Below, one piece after another: positions 15,989-25,302 of a stretch of DNA of 64,000 nt (its first letter is position 1; each line of letters begins with the position of its first letter). Source of the stretch: Patescibacteria group bacterium (GTDB lineage: Bacteria > Patescibacteriota > Patescibacteriia > Patescibacteriales > UBA12465). The position numbers were made by a program, and so were the translations under genes. The notes beneath the pieces were generated by a model. It was given only the letters and a program-made list of their open reading frames with translations. It made no database searches and had not been told where the DNA came from. Where the stretch lies: contig JBMNOL010000003.1 in assembly GCA_050943055.1 (NCBI GenBank), forward strand, positions 3,982 through 67,981. Direction: 5' to 3'.

Positions 15989-17188
15989 ATGAAAAAAAAA
16001 CCTACTCTCCGGCGCATTATTGGTGTTGATGCTCGTTTTTATGGCCCCTTAGGAAAAGGGCTGGGGCGTTACACTCAAGAAGTGGTTGATAACGTTATTA
16101 GAATTAATCAAGATGAACCGCTAGATTTTGTAATTTTTTTATCGCCGGATAATTTTGATGAATTTGTTTGCCCCAATGAAAATGTGCGCAAGGAATTAAT
16201 TAAGGCGCGTTGGTATTCCTTGGCGGAACAATTTGAGGTGCCTTATAAGTGGTGGCGGGCGAAAATTGACTTGATGCATTTTCCGCATTTTAATGTTCCT
16301 TTAATTAAAAGGGGGGCCTTTGTCGTTACTATTCATGATCTTATTTTAACGAAGTTCCCAACGGTGCGAGCCACCACCAGAGCCCCTTTTATTTATTGGT
16401 TAAAAGATAAAGCTTATCGACTGGTGATCCGATTGGCGATTAAAAAAGCTAAACAGGTGATTACTGTTTCTGAATTTACGAAAAAAGATTTGATAACTCA
16501 ATTTAAAACTCCTCCAGACAAAATCGTTGTTACTTATGAAGGGGTGGCGAATTTAAGTAAGGGGGGGGACTCTCTTTTTGTGGCCAAGCTTGATCATCAG
16601 CGTACCTTGGAGCTTTATAATATTCGCAGTCCTTACTTGTTATATGTGGGCAATGCTTATCCGCATAAAAATTTAGAAGGTTTAATTAGAATTTTTGCTG
16701 AACTGCGAAAGGAGTATCCGGATTTACGTTTAGTATTAGTGGGGAAAGAAGATTTTTTCTATGAGCGGGTGCGTTTTTACGCCCAGCAATTAAATTTATG
16801 GCAAAAAGAAAATCATAATACCCCGGTCGTTTTTCCCGGCTATGTGCCGGATATTGATTTGGAGGCTTTATTCCAAGAAGCGGCTCTTTATGTTTTTCCT
16901 TCTCTCTATGAAGGTTTTGGCCTGCCGCCACTTGAAGCGATGGCTTACGGTTGTCCGGTGGCTAGCTCTAATTGTGCCAGTATGCCAGAAATATTGGGCA
17001 GCGCCGCCGTTTATTTTAATCCCGAAAATGAAGAGGAAATGCGAACGGTAATTAGTGATCTTCTAAAAAATAAAGATGCTCGGGAAGAATTAAAAGTTTT
17101 AGGAAAACAGCAAGTAAAAAAATATAATTGGTGGGAGTGCGCTCGCCTAACCTCCGAAATCTACAAACGTTTACTAATTAAAAGTTAA
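15989..17188 (+). CDS. Family 4 (GT-B) glycosyltransferase
   Basis: The ORF-track start at 15977 is TTG. ATG at 15989 (MKKKPTLRRIIGVDARF) is preferred. C-terminal EGFGLPPLEAMAYGCPV motif of GT4 enzymes. Confidence 0.8.
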   Translation: MKKKPTLRRIIGVDARFYGPLGKGLGRYTQEVVDNVIRINQDEPLDFVIFLSPDNFDEFVCPNENVRKELIKARWYSLAEQFEVPYKWWRAKIDLMHFPHFNVPLIKRGAFVVTIHDLILTKFPTVRATTRAPFIYWLKDKAYRLVIRLAIKKAKQVITVSEFTKKDLITQFKTPPDKIVVTYEGVANLSKGGDSLFVAKLDHQRTLELYNIRSPYLLYVGNAYPHKNLEGLIRIFAELRKEYPDLRLVLVGKEDFFYERVRFYAQQLNLWQKENHNTPVVFPGYVPDIDLEALFQEAALYVFPSLYEGFGLPPLEAMAYGCPVASSNCASMPEILGSAAVYFNPENEEEMRTVISDLLKNKDAREELKVLGKQQVKKYNWWECARLTSEIYKRLLIKS

Positions 17189-19627
17189 ATGTTTAAGAGC
17201 AGAAAAGCAAAAAAATCTTTATTGATGGGGGAGACCTCGACGGCCCCAGATTTTTTGCGCGGTCTTGATGGCGCGTTGCTTAAGGGCGCTAAAAAAAATA
17301 AAGAAAATCGTCAGCGACAGACGCGTCGACAATTAGAAAAACAAGCGCGGCGTGATTTAAAATTATTAACCAAAAATATAAAAACCGTTCAACGGGAGGT
17401 AGAAAAAATAGACCGCGAGCCGCTGCCTAAAAAATGGACTTTAAGTTATTTTGGTCGTCGCTTCCGCGAACGACAAACACAGCGTCGCTTGAGATTTTAT
17501 GAAAAAAAACTTGATGCTCAGCTTAGGATTGGTGAAAAAAAACTATCTTCCTGGCGTCGGAAGAATTTTAAAAAACCTTCAAACTCTCGCCGTCCTTGGT
17601 TTTTGCGCATTATTATTTTTGCCGGGGTTCTTTTTTTAATGATCATTCCTTTTCAAATTTTGGTGCAATTCAGCGACCGGGATAACTATTCTTTCAAAGA
17701 CTATTTTTTAAACGTCACCAAAAGTGCTTGGGCTAATTTAACCAGTGGCGGCGAAGCCCTGGCTAATCAAGATTGGAATCGGGCTGAAAAAAGTTTTAAT
17801 CAGGCTGGTGACCAATTTTATCAAGCGGCGGCCGGTTTAAAGATTATTAATGATCGACTCTTATCTTTAGCGGCTTACACTAGTAATCCAGAATTAAAAT
17901 TGGTGGCCGAGAGTAAGAAATTATTAAAGATTGGTTCTTTAGGTTCGGAGCTGGCCGCGGAAATCACTGCCACTCTTAACAGCTGGGAGCGTGCGGATGG
18001 TGATTGGTTGGTGCTACTAACTCAATTGGAAGCCCGGGCGACAACGGCTCAGTCTTTAGCCAACAATCTCGTTTCCGAATTAGAAACAGTGAGGGTGGAA
18101 AATTTGCCCGCCGCCTACCAAGCGGATTTTCAAGAAATAGTCGACCAGGCTGCCGCTCTGCCAACGGCTTTAAGTTTGATCGGTGACAATGCCGGTCGCT
18201 TTAAAAAATTATTAGGTAGCGGTCAGGACAAACGGTATTTGTTAGTTTTTCAGAATAATAATGAAATTAGAGGTTCGGGTGGCTTTTTAGGAAGTTATGC
18301 CTTAATTGATTTTCGTGACGGACAGATAACTAATTTAGAAGTTCCTGGTGGTGGTTCTTACGATACTGAGGCCGGACTTAATTTAAATATTATTGCGCCT
18401 GAGCCTTTGTGGTTGGTTAATCCGAAGTGGCATTTTTGGGACGCTAACTGGTGGCCAGATTGGCCGACAACGGCCCGCAACCTCGGGTGGTTTTTAGAAA
18501 AAAGTGCTGGTCCGACTGTCGATGGCGTGATTTCTTTTACCCCCAGCGTGATTGAAGAATTATTAAAAATTACCGGTCCGATTGATTTAAGTGCCGAGTA
18601 TGGTGTGGTGGTAACCGCTGAAAATTTTTGGCAGGAGGTGCAATTAACGGCTGAGCGATATAATTTGGTAGGCACCAATCCCGATTTGGTCGCGCACTTG
18701 CCGGCGGGGGAGGAGAATAAACCAAAAAAAATTATTGGCACTTTGGCGGAAGAAATTTTAGAGATTTTACCGGAAAAAATGAATCAAGATAATTTTCTTA
18801 AACTCGCTTCTTTAGTCGAAGAAAGCTTGGCCACGAAACAGGTGCTACTTTATTTTTCTGATCCCGATTTGCAGGCGATGGTTTCTCAGTGGGGCTGGAG
18901 CGGGGAAGTAGTTGCGGCGCCTTACGATTATTTAATGGTGGTTAATACTAATATTGCGGGCGCTAAAACTGACCGGATGATTAAAGAAACAATTAATCAG
19001 CAGGTGAATATTAAAGAGGATGGCCGGGTGGTTGTTGATTTAAAAATAAAACGTGAGCACACGGCGTCACCACATACCCCTTTGGTGGGAGTACGAAATG
19101 TTAATTGGCTTAGAGTTTATGTGCCTGAGGGTGCTAAACTCTTAAAAGCCGGAGGCTTTAAAGCTCCGGACGCCGAGTATTTTTCTTATCCAGAACCTGA
19201 TTGGCAAGAAAATGAACTTCTAGCAACTACCGAAGGGCAGGCTTTAGTTGAACCTGTTAGCGGTACCAAAGTTTATTCCGATTCCGGTAAGACGGTCTTT
19301 GCTAATTGGAGTATGATTGATCCGGGCGAGACAGCGGAGTTATGGTTTGAATACGAATTACCTCAACCGGTGCCCGAATTAAAAGTTGCCGATAATTTAT
19401 TTCAGCGCTTAAATAACTGGCTTAACCCGGAAAACATAAGTCGCTACAATTATTCTTTACTGGTTCAAAAGCAACCGGGAGTGATTAATGATAATTATCA
19501 GCTCCAGGTTAAGTGGCCAGATAATTATCATTTGAATTGGCAAGGTCCAGGTTTAATTGGTGGTCAAGCGCCACTCACGCCCTTAACTCGGGATCGCTTT
19601 TTTTCTTTAGCTTTTAGTAATTATTAA
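17189..19627 (+). CDS. DUF4012 domain membrane protein
   Basis: 812 aa. A roughly 130-aa Arg/Lys-rich N-tail, one TM (WFLRIIIFAGVLFLMIIPFQILV), and DKRYLLVFQNNNEIRGSGGFLGSYALIDF, which I recognise as the DUF4012 core. Confidence 0.75.
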   Translation: MFKSRKAKKSLLMGETSTAPDFLRGLDGALLKGAKKNKENRQRQTRRQLEKQARRDLKLLTKNIKTVQREVEKIDREPLPKKWTLSYFGRRFRERQTQRRLRFYEKKLDAQLRIGEKKLSSWRRKNFKKPSNSRRPWFLRIIIFAGVLFLMIIPFQILVQFSDRDNYSFKDYFLNVTKSAWANLTSGGEALANQDWNRAEKSFNQAGDQFYQAAAGLKIINDRLLSLAAYTSNPELKLVAESKKLLKIGSLGSELAAEITATLNSWERADGDWLVLLTQLEARATTAQSLANNLVSELETVRVENLPAAYQADFQEIVDQAAALPTALSLIGDNAGRFKKLLGSGQDKRYLLVFQNNNEIRGSGGFLGSYALIDFRDGQITNLEVPGGGSYDTEAGLNLNIIAPEPLWLVNPKWHFWDANWWPDWPTTARNLGWFLEKSAGPTVDGVISFTPSVIEELLKITGPIDLSAEYGVVVTAENFWQEVQLTAERYNLVGTNPDLVAHLPAGEENKPKKIIGTLAEEILEILPEKMNQDNFLKLASLVEESLATKQVLLYFSDPDLQAMVSQWGWSGEVVAAPYDYLMVVNTNIAGAKTDRMIKETINQQVNIKEDGRVVVDLKIKREHTASPHTPLVGVRNVNWLRVYVPEGAKLLKAGGFKAPDAEYFSYPEPDWQENELLATTEGQALVEPVSGTKVYSDSGKTVFANWSMIDPGETAELWFEYELPQPVPELKVADNLFQRLNNWLNPENISRYNYSLLVQKQPGVINDNYQLQVKWPDNYHLNWQGPGLIGGQAPLTPLTRDRFFSLAFSNY

Positions 19628-19630
19628 TAT

Positions 19631-21679
19631 ATGTCTATTAAAAAAAATATTCCGGTCACGGCCGGTCCAGCAAAAAATAAGCCCACACCTAAAGATTCTA
19701 ATCAGAGGGGGGCAGAAAATTCTGAGCTTAAGTCTGGAGCGATATCTGAACCGCAGCCAACGCGGCGGCCAGTTTTTAGCGCTCATCCAGTACCCACCAA
19801 AGAGCAGGTCAAAAAATTTGAACAGGCGGTTCGTCGGGAGGCTCGCGAAGAAGAAATTGAGGATAATCTCTCGGAAATTTATCGTGATAAAAAGGGTGAA
19901 TTAGTTAATGTTTCAGAATTTAAGGCGCGCAAAAAACCAGTTTTAGTTTTGTTTTTAAAGAATATTTTTGTCTTAGCGGTAATTGCTTCATTAGCTTATG
20001 CCGCCTTCACTTATTTTTTCAGCCCCAACGCTAACGAGGCTAGAGTTAATCTAGAAATCACCGCTCCTGATGAAGTTAAAGCCGGCGAACCTTTTAGTTA
20101 TTCGGTTGTTTACGAAAACCGGAGTGAGTTCGTTTTAAAAAATTTACGTCTTGAACTCAAATATCCAGAAAGATTCATTCGCGAGGAGGTGAGCGGAGAG
20201 CTAACACCGCTAGGCAGCGCCGGTAATTATTTTGAATTACCAGACTTGCCGATTGGTGGTCGGGCGGAAATAAAAATTTCCGGTCGATTAATTGGTAAAC
20301 AAGATTCTACGAATATTTTAACAGCCGGTTTAAGTTTCGCACCCCAAGATTTTTCTAGTCAATTTAAAGAAGAGGCCGTTTCGGCAATTACGATTAGTAG
20401 TCTCGGTTTTGATTTGGGTTTTGAATATAGTAATGCCGTCTTAGTTGGCCAGGAAAATGAAATAGAGCTTAACTTTGGTCGGCCCGATGGCACCTTCTTA
20501 GAAAATTTTGATTTGTCTTTTTCCTTTCCGGAAAATATTTCTTTGGTGAACGCCACTACTACCGCTACCAATACGGAGGTAACCGTTGATAAAAGTAATT
20601 TAGTTTGGCGAATAGAAAATTTTGCCTCTTCAACCGAGGATTATCGTTTGCCGGTTCGCTATAAAGTTAACCGCAAGGTTGCTGACAGTCAGGATTTAAT
20701 TATCCGCCTTAGCCAAAGAGATGATAAGGGGCAAGAATATGTCTTTTTAGAAAAAGTTATCAATCTCTCAATAATGACTAGTAATTTGAATTTAGTTTTA
20801 AGTGTTAATGGTAACAAAACTGAGGGGGCGGCTAGCTTCGGTGAGACGCTTAAATATTCTTTAAGTTATGTTAATAAAAGTGATAATGATTTACAGGATA
20901 TAGTTTTGATGGCCGTTTTAGATGGTGATTGGCTGGACTGGAAATCAATTAAGGAAACGGCTGGCGGAAAAATAAAAAACAATACGATTGTTTGGACTAA
21001 GGAGGAATTACCCGCTTTGGCGACTTTAGAGCCGGGTGCTAGTGGGGAACTAAACTTTGAGATTGCTATTCAAGATTATACCCCTGATAAGCTGGGTGAT
21101 AAGACAATCATTACCAGCTATGCTTACTTTACTTTAGGCAGTCAAAGCACCGGTCTTAATGATAGTAAGAGTAATACGGTGATAACTAAAATAAATAGCG
21201 ACTTCCAATTTACAGAGCAGGTCCTATATTTTGATGAAAACAATCTGCCTGTCGGTAGTGGCCCTTTACCGCCGGTAGTTGGTCAAGAAACTGGGGTGCG
21301 CGTTTATTGGCACTTGGAAAATAACCTCAATGAATTAAAAGGCGCTCGCGTGATGGCTGTTTTACCGGAGTATGTTAATTTTGCTGGTGCTCGTAATACT
21401 TCTTGGGGAAGCCTTAGCTTTGATCCGGGTACGAGATTTGTTACCTGGGAGCTCGGTGACTTGCCGCTTACAACTTATCAAGCGCAAGCTCAATTTGATT
21501 TAACATTGACGCCGACTGAAGATCAACGCAATACTTTATTGGTTCTTTTGCCGGGGAGCACCGCCCAAGCTTTAGACGCGGAAACGGGAATTATGCTGAC
21601 CGCTTCGGCTCAAGCAAAGACAACAAAACTAGAAGATGACAGTATTGCCGCTTTAAGTAATTCCGGCTTGGTTCAATAA
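19631..21679 (+). CDS. Single-pass membrane protein with repeated beta-sandwich (DUF11/CARDB-like) ectodomains
   Basis: 682 aa. Disordered N-tail and TM VLVLFLKNIFVLAVIASLAYAAFTYFF. Repeated pattern of the type VKAGEPFSYSVVYENRS..LKNLRL and SFGETLKYSLSYVNKSDNDLQDIVL. Confidence 0.6.
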   Translation: MSIKKNIPVTAGPAKNKPTPKDSNQRGAENSELKSGAISEPQPTRRPVFSAHPVPTKEQVKKFEQAVRREAREEEIEDNLSEIYRDKKGELVNVSEFKARKKPVLVLFLKNIFVLAVIASLAYAAFTYFFSPNANEARVNLEITAPDEVKAGEPFSYSVVYENRSEFVLKNLRLELKYPERFIREEVSGELTPLGSAGNYFELPDLPIGGRAEIKISGRLIGKQDSTNILTAGLSFAPQDFSSQFKEEAVSAITISSLGFDLGFEYSNAVLVGQENEIELNFGRPDGTFLENFDLSFSFPENISLVNATTTATNTEVTVDKSNLVWRIENFASSTEDYRLPVRYKVNRKVADSQDLIIRLSQRDDKGQEYVFLEKVINLSIMTSNLNLVLSVNGNKTEGAASFGETLKYSLSYVNKSDNDLQDIVLMAVLDGDWLDWKSIKETAGGKIKNNTIVWTKEELPALATLEPGASGELNFEIAIQDYTPDKLGDKTIITSYAYFTLGSQSTGLNDSKSNTVITKINSDFQFTEQVLYFDENNLPVGSGPLPPVVGQETGVRVYWHLENNLNELKGARVMAVLPEYVNFAGARNTSWGSLSFDPGTRFVTWELGDLPLTTYQAQAQFDLTLTPTEDQRNTLLVLLPGSTAQALDAETGIMLTASAQAKTTKLEDDSIAALSNSGLVQ

Positions 21680-21690
21680 AGTTAATTTTT

Positions 21691-22842
21691 ATGATTGTTT
21701 GGAAAAATAAAAATGGCTATCGTCAAGGAAAAATAAAAACGTCCCACGGATTACTCACCACGCCATTTTTTATGCCGGATGCCACTCGCGGGGTGGTTAA
21801 GCATTTAACAACCACTGATCTTAAGCGGGCGGGAACAAAAGCTTTAGTAGTTAATACTTTCCATCTTTATCTGCGGCCGGGGATAAAAACAATTGAAAAA
21901 GCCGGTAGCTTACATCAATTTATGAGTTATCCGGGCCCCTTATTATCGGATAGCGGCGGTTTTCAGGTATTTTCTTTGATTCATCGCCGGCCGGGACACG
22001 GCGATATTAATGATGAGCGGGCTCGTTTTAAGTCACCGTTAGACGGTAGTTTCCACGAGCTTACTCCGGAAAAATCGATTCAAATTCAATTCTCTTTGGG
22101 AGTTGATTTTATGATTTGTTTAGATGATTGTCCGCCCAATGAGTTTTCCCGACCGGATTTAGAGGTGGCGGTGGCGCGAACTATTGCTTGGGCGCGTCGA
22201 GCTAAAGCGGAGTATACACGACAAGTTAAAAAAAGAGGTTTAAGCGAGGCCGCGCGACCGCGCTTATTGGCGGTTATTCAAGGAGGGGCGGAGATCGATT
22301 TGCGTCAAGCTTGTGCCGCTGCTTTAGTAGAAATTGGTTTTGATGGTTATGGTTTTGGGGCTCGTCCGGTTGATGAAGAAGGTAATTTTTTAGCGGGCGT
22401 GATGGCGGCGACGGCGACGGCAATCCCGGAAGCTAGTTTGCGTTTTGCGCTCGGAGTTGGTTTGCCGGAAGATATTTATCGCGCTTATCTGATGGGCTGG
22501 GATATGTTTGATTGTGTGATTCCCACTAGAGAAGGGCGACACGGAAAACTATTTTTCTTTAAACCGGACTTTAAGGGATTTAAGAAACTAAAAACCCGTG
22601 TTCAGGTAGTTAAGCGGGCGCCGGATTTTTACCAAACGACTAATATTTTACGAGCCGAATACGCTCATGACCAGCGACCGATTAATCCTGATAGTAATTT
22701 TTTGGAATTAAGAACTTATAGTCGCGCTTACTTACATCATCTTTTTAAGAGCGGCGAACCTTTAGGTCAACGTTTGGCGAGCTTAAATAATTTAGAATTT
22801 TTTAATGAATTATTGATGAAACTTAAAGGTTTAGCTGATTAA
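21691..22842 (+). CDS. tgt: tRNA-guanine transglycosylase family protein (divergent; zinc ligands absent)
   Basis: 383 aa. TPFFMPDATRG, LSDSGGFQ, VIQGG, GVGLPEDI and GWDMFDCVIPTR match TGT. The CxCxxC...H zinc site positions read S-x-F-x-x-L...N. Confidence 0.75.
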   Translation: MIVWKNKNGYRQGKIKTSHGLLTTPFFMPDATRGVVKHLTTTDLKRAGTKALVVNTFHLYLRPGIKTIEKAGSLHQFMSYPGPLLSDSGGFQVFSLIHRRPGHGDINDERARFKSPLDGSFHELTPEKSIQIQFSLGVDFMICLDDCPPNEFSRPDLEVAVARTIAWARRAKAEYTRQVKKRGLSEAARPRLLAVIQGGAEIDLRQACAAALVEIGFDGYGFGARPVDEEGNFLAGVMAATATAIPEASLRFALGVGLPEDIYRAYLMGWDMFDCVIPTREGRHGKLFFFKPDFKGFKKLKTRVQVVKRAPDFYQTTNILRAEYAHDQRPINPDSNFLELRTYSRAYLHHLFKSGEPLGQRLASLNNLEFFNELLMKLKGLAD

Positions 22843-22862
22843 AAATTGAAGATTAGCGAGGC

Positions 22863-22891
22863 TTGGCAAAACCCGAACTTTTTTCTATACT
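22863..22891 (+). promoter_or_regulatory. Candidate sigma-70 promoter for pyk-eno
   Basis: TTGGCA (22863-22868), 17-nt spacer, TATACT (22886-22891). Confidence 0.45.
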
Positions 22892-22954
22892 GGAAGCTGA
22901 GCCGATAGCGGCCTTTTTTTTGCCGCCGGTTAAAATTTATTATTTACGATATTT

Positions 22955-23977
22955 ATGATGAAAACTAAAATTATTGCGACGGTTGGTCCTAAAACAGAAA
23001 CCGCTGAAACTTTAGAACCGCTTTTAAAAAACGGTGTTGACATGGTGCGTTTAAACTTTTCTCATGCCACCGAGGAACAGTATCGGCGCGTTCAAAAAAT
23101 TGTTAAAAATTTTAATAAAAAAAATGAACGGTCGGTGCTGATGATGTTGGATTTACAGGGGCCGAGAATTCGGGTGGGGGTCATTCCGGAAGATAATTTA
23201 GTTATGCGTTTGGGGGAAGAATTTGTTTTTGAATATTCCACTAAACCTTACACGCCCGGCGGCTCAATTCCGATTGATTCTAAGGAGTTGCCCGACAATA
23301 TAAAAAAAGGACATCAATTATTTTTGGCTAATGGCGCGATCGAATTAGTTGTTAAAAAAGTTAAAGACGGTAAGGTAACCGCTCAAGTAATTAATAGTGG
23401 TGTTTTAAGCTCCCATAAGGGTGTTAATGTTCCTAACACCGATTTAAAAGATTTTGGTTTAACCGCTAAAGATAAGCGGGATCTTAAAATCGGTTTGCAG
23501 GCGGGGGTTGATTTTGTTGCGCTTTCTTTTGTGCAGACCGCCGCTGATGTTTTACGTTTGCGTAAACTGATTGGCAAGAAGCCAATTAAAATTATTTCTA
23601 AAATTGAACGCGGTATCGCTTTGGAAAACATCAGCGATATTATTGAGGTTTCCGATGCGATTATGGTGGCTCGCGGAGATTTAGGAATTGAGGTTCCGGC
23701 CGAGCGCTTGCCGATAATTCAAAAAAATTTAATTAGCCAGGCTCACTGGCACAAGAAGCCGGCGATTTTAGCGACTCAGGTGATGACGTCAATGATTCAA
23801 AACCCTCATCCAACCAGAGCGGAGGTGAGTGATATTGCTAACGCCGTGATTGATGGTGCCGACATGATTATGCTTTCGGATGAGACGGCCATTGGCGATT
23901 ACCCCTTAGAGGCTGTTAAAATGTTAAAGAAGGTGATTACTTATACCGAAGAAAGTTTGACTAAAAAGTATTTCTAA
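22955..23977 (+). CDS. pyk: Pyruvate kinase lacking the C-terminal regulatory domain
   Basis: 340 aa. [15 protein letters not shown] and [12 protein letters not shown] motifs. The ORF ends right after the A-domain barrel. Confidence 0.85.
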   Translation: MMKTKIIATVGPKTETAETLEPLLKNGVDMVRLNFSHATEEQYRRVQKIVKNFNKKNERSVLMMLDLQGPRIRVGVIPEDNLVMRLGEEFVFEYSTKPYTPGGSIPIDSKELPDNIKKGHQLFLANGAIELVVKKVKDGKVTAQVINSGVLSSHKGVNVPNTDLKDFGLTAKDKRDLKIGLQAGVDFVALSFVQTAADVLRLRKLIGKKPIKIISKIERGIALENISDIIEVSDAIMVARGDLGIEVPAERLPIIQKNLISQAHWHKKPAILATQVMTSMIQNPHPTRAEVSDIANAVIDGADMIMLSDETAIGDYPLEAVKMLKKVITYTEESLTKKYF

Positions 23978-23981
23978 AAAT

Positions 23982-25265
23982 ATGAAAATAAAAACAATTA
24001 AAGCGAGTCAGATTTTAGACTCCCGAGGGAATCCGACCGTGGCCGCGACCGTAGTCTTAGAAAGCGGCGCTTCCGGTTGGGCGGCCGTTCCTAGCGGCGC
24101 TTCCACTGGCAGTTATGAAGCGGTGGAATTGCGTGATGGTGGTGAAGCTTATGGTGGCTTAGGTGTTAGCGAAGCCGTAAAAAATGTTAATGAAAAAATC
24201 GCCCCCGCTTTAATTGGCCAGCTAGTGACCGAGCAAGTAGCTATTGATAAGTTAATGATTGAGTTAGACGGTACTCCCAATAAGGCTAATTTAGGGGCGA
24301 ATGCGATTTTAGCCGTCTCTTTAGCGGTGGCGCGCGCCGCCGCCGCCAGTTTAAATCAACCGCTGTATAAATATTTGACTCAGTTTAATCCGCGTTTTGA
24401 TGGCACTTATAAACTACCCCTACCGATGTTAAATATTTTAAATGGTGGTAAACACGCGGATTGGGCAACGGACATTCAGGAATATATGATTTTGCCAGTG
24501 GGTGCCAAAAATATGGCGACCGCGATAAAAATGGGTGCCGAGATATATCAGTCTTTAAAAAAGACTCTGAAGAAAAAAGGTTATCAGATTACGGTTGGCG
24601 ACGAGGGCGGTTTTGCGCCGGCGGTTAAAACTAACGCCGAGGCTTTTGACTTGCTTACTGAAGCGGTTATTAGTGCCGGGTACAAACCGGGCGAAGAAGT
24701 CGTTTTTGGGATTGATGCGGCCGCCACTGAGTTTTACCATGATGAGAAGTATCAATTAAAAAAGGAAGGTAAAACTTTGACTGCTAGTGAATTGGTGAAA
24801 TTTTACCAAGGCTTAGCGGCCAAATATCCATTAGTTTCTTTTGAGGATATTTTAGCGGAAGATGACTGGTCCGGTTGGGCGGAGTTTATGGCGGTTTTCA
24901 ATAATCAGGTTCAGGTTGTGGGCGATGATTTATATGTTACTAACGTTGAACGTTTAAAGAAGGGGATTGAAGCTAAGGCTAGTAATTCTATTTTGATTAA
25001 ACTTAATCAAATTGGTACTCTAAGTGAAACGGTGGCGGCTATTAACTTAGCTTTAGAAAATAATTTTACGGCGGTGATCTCACACCGCAGCGGCGAGACT
25101 GAAGACGCTTTTATTGCTGATTTAGCGGTCGCTTTAGGCACGGGGCAAATTAAGACTGGTGCTCCAGCGCGTTCAGAGAGAACCGCCAAGTATAACCGTT
25201 TACTAGCGATTGCCGAAGAGTTGGGTGAAGCTGGCGAATTAGCACCGTTTCCTTTCCGGGCCTAA
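23982..25265 (+). CDS. eno: Enolase
   Basis: 427 aa. [38 protein letters not shown] and SHRSGETED motifs. Confidence 0.95.
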   Translation: MKIKTIKASQILDSRGNPTVAATVVLESGASGWAAVPSGASTGSYEAVELRDGGEAYGGLGVSEAVKNVNEKIAPALIGQLVTEQVAIDKLMIELDGTPNKANLGANAILAVSLAVARAAAASLNQPLYKYLTQFNPRFDGTYKLPLPMLNILNGGKHADWATDIQEYMILPVGAKNMATAIKMGAEIYQSLKKTLKKKGYQITVGDEGGFAPAVKTNAEAFDLLTEAVISAGYKPGEEVVFGIDAAATEFYHDEKYQLKKEGKTLTASELVKFYQGLAAKYPLVSFEDILAEDDWSGWAEFMAVFNNQVQVVGDDLYVTNVERLKKGIEAKASNSILIKLNQIGTLSETVAAINLALENNFTAVISHRSGETEDAFIADLAVALGTGQIKTGAPARSERTAKYNRLLAIAEELGEAGELAPFPFRA

Positions 25266-25302
25266 ATAAAAAGGGTCGTCAATTTTTTTGCCCGTTTTTT
25301 CT

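Noticed and set aside
22892-22954. Small hairpins (GCCG-ATAG-CGGC, or alternatively GCGGC-CU8-GCCGC) in the pyk leader, considered as an attenuator
   Set aside because: The stems are only 4-5 bp and lack supporting features. They are too weak to call without covariation data.
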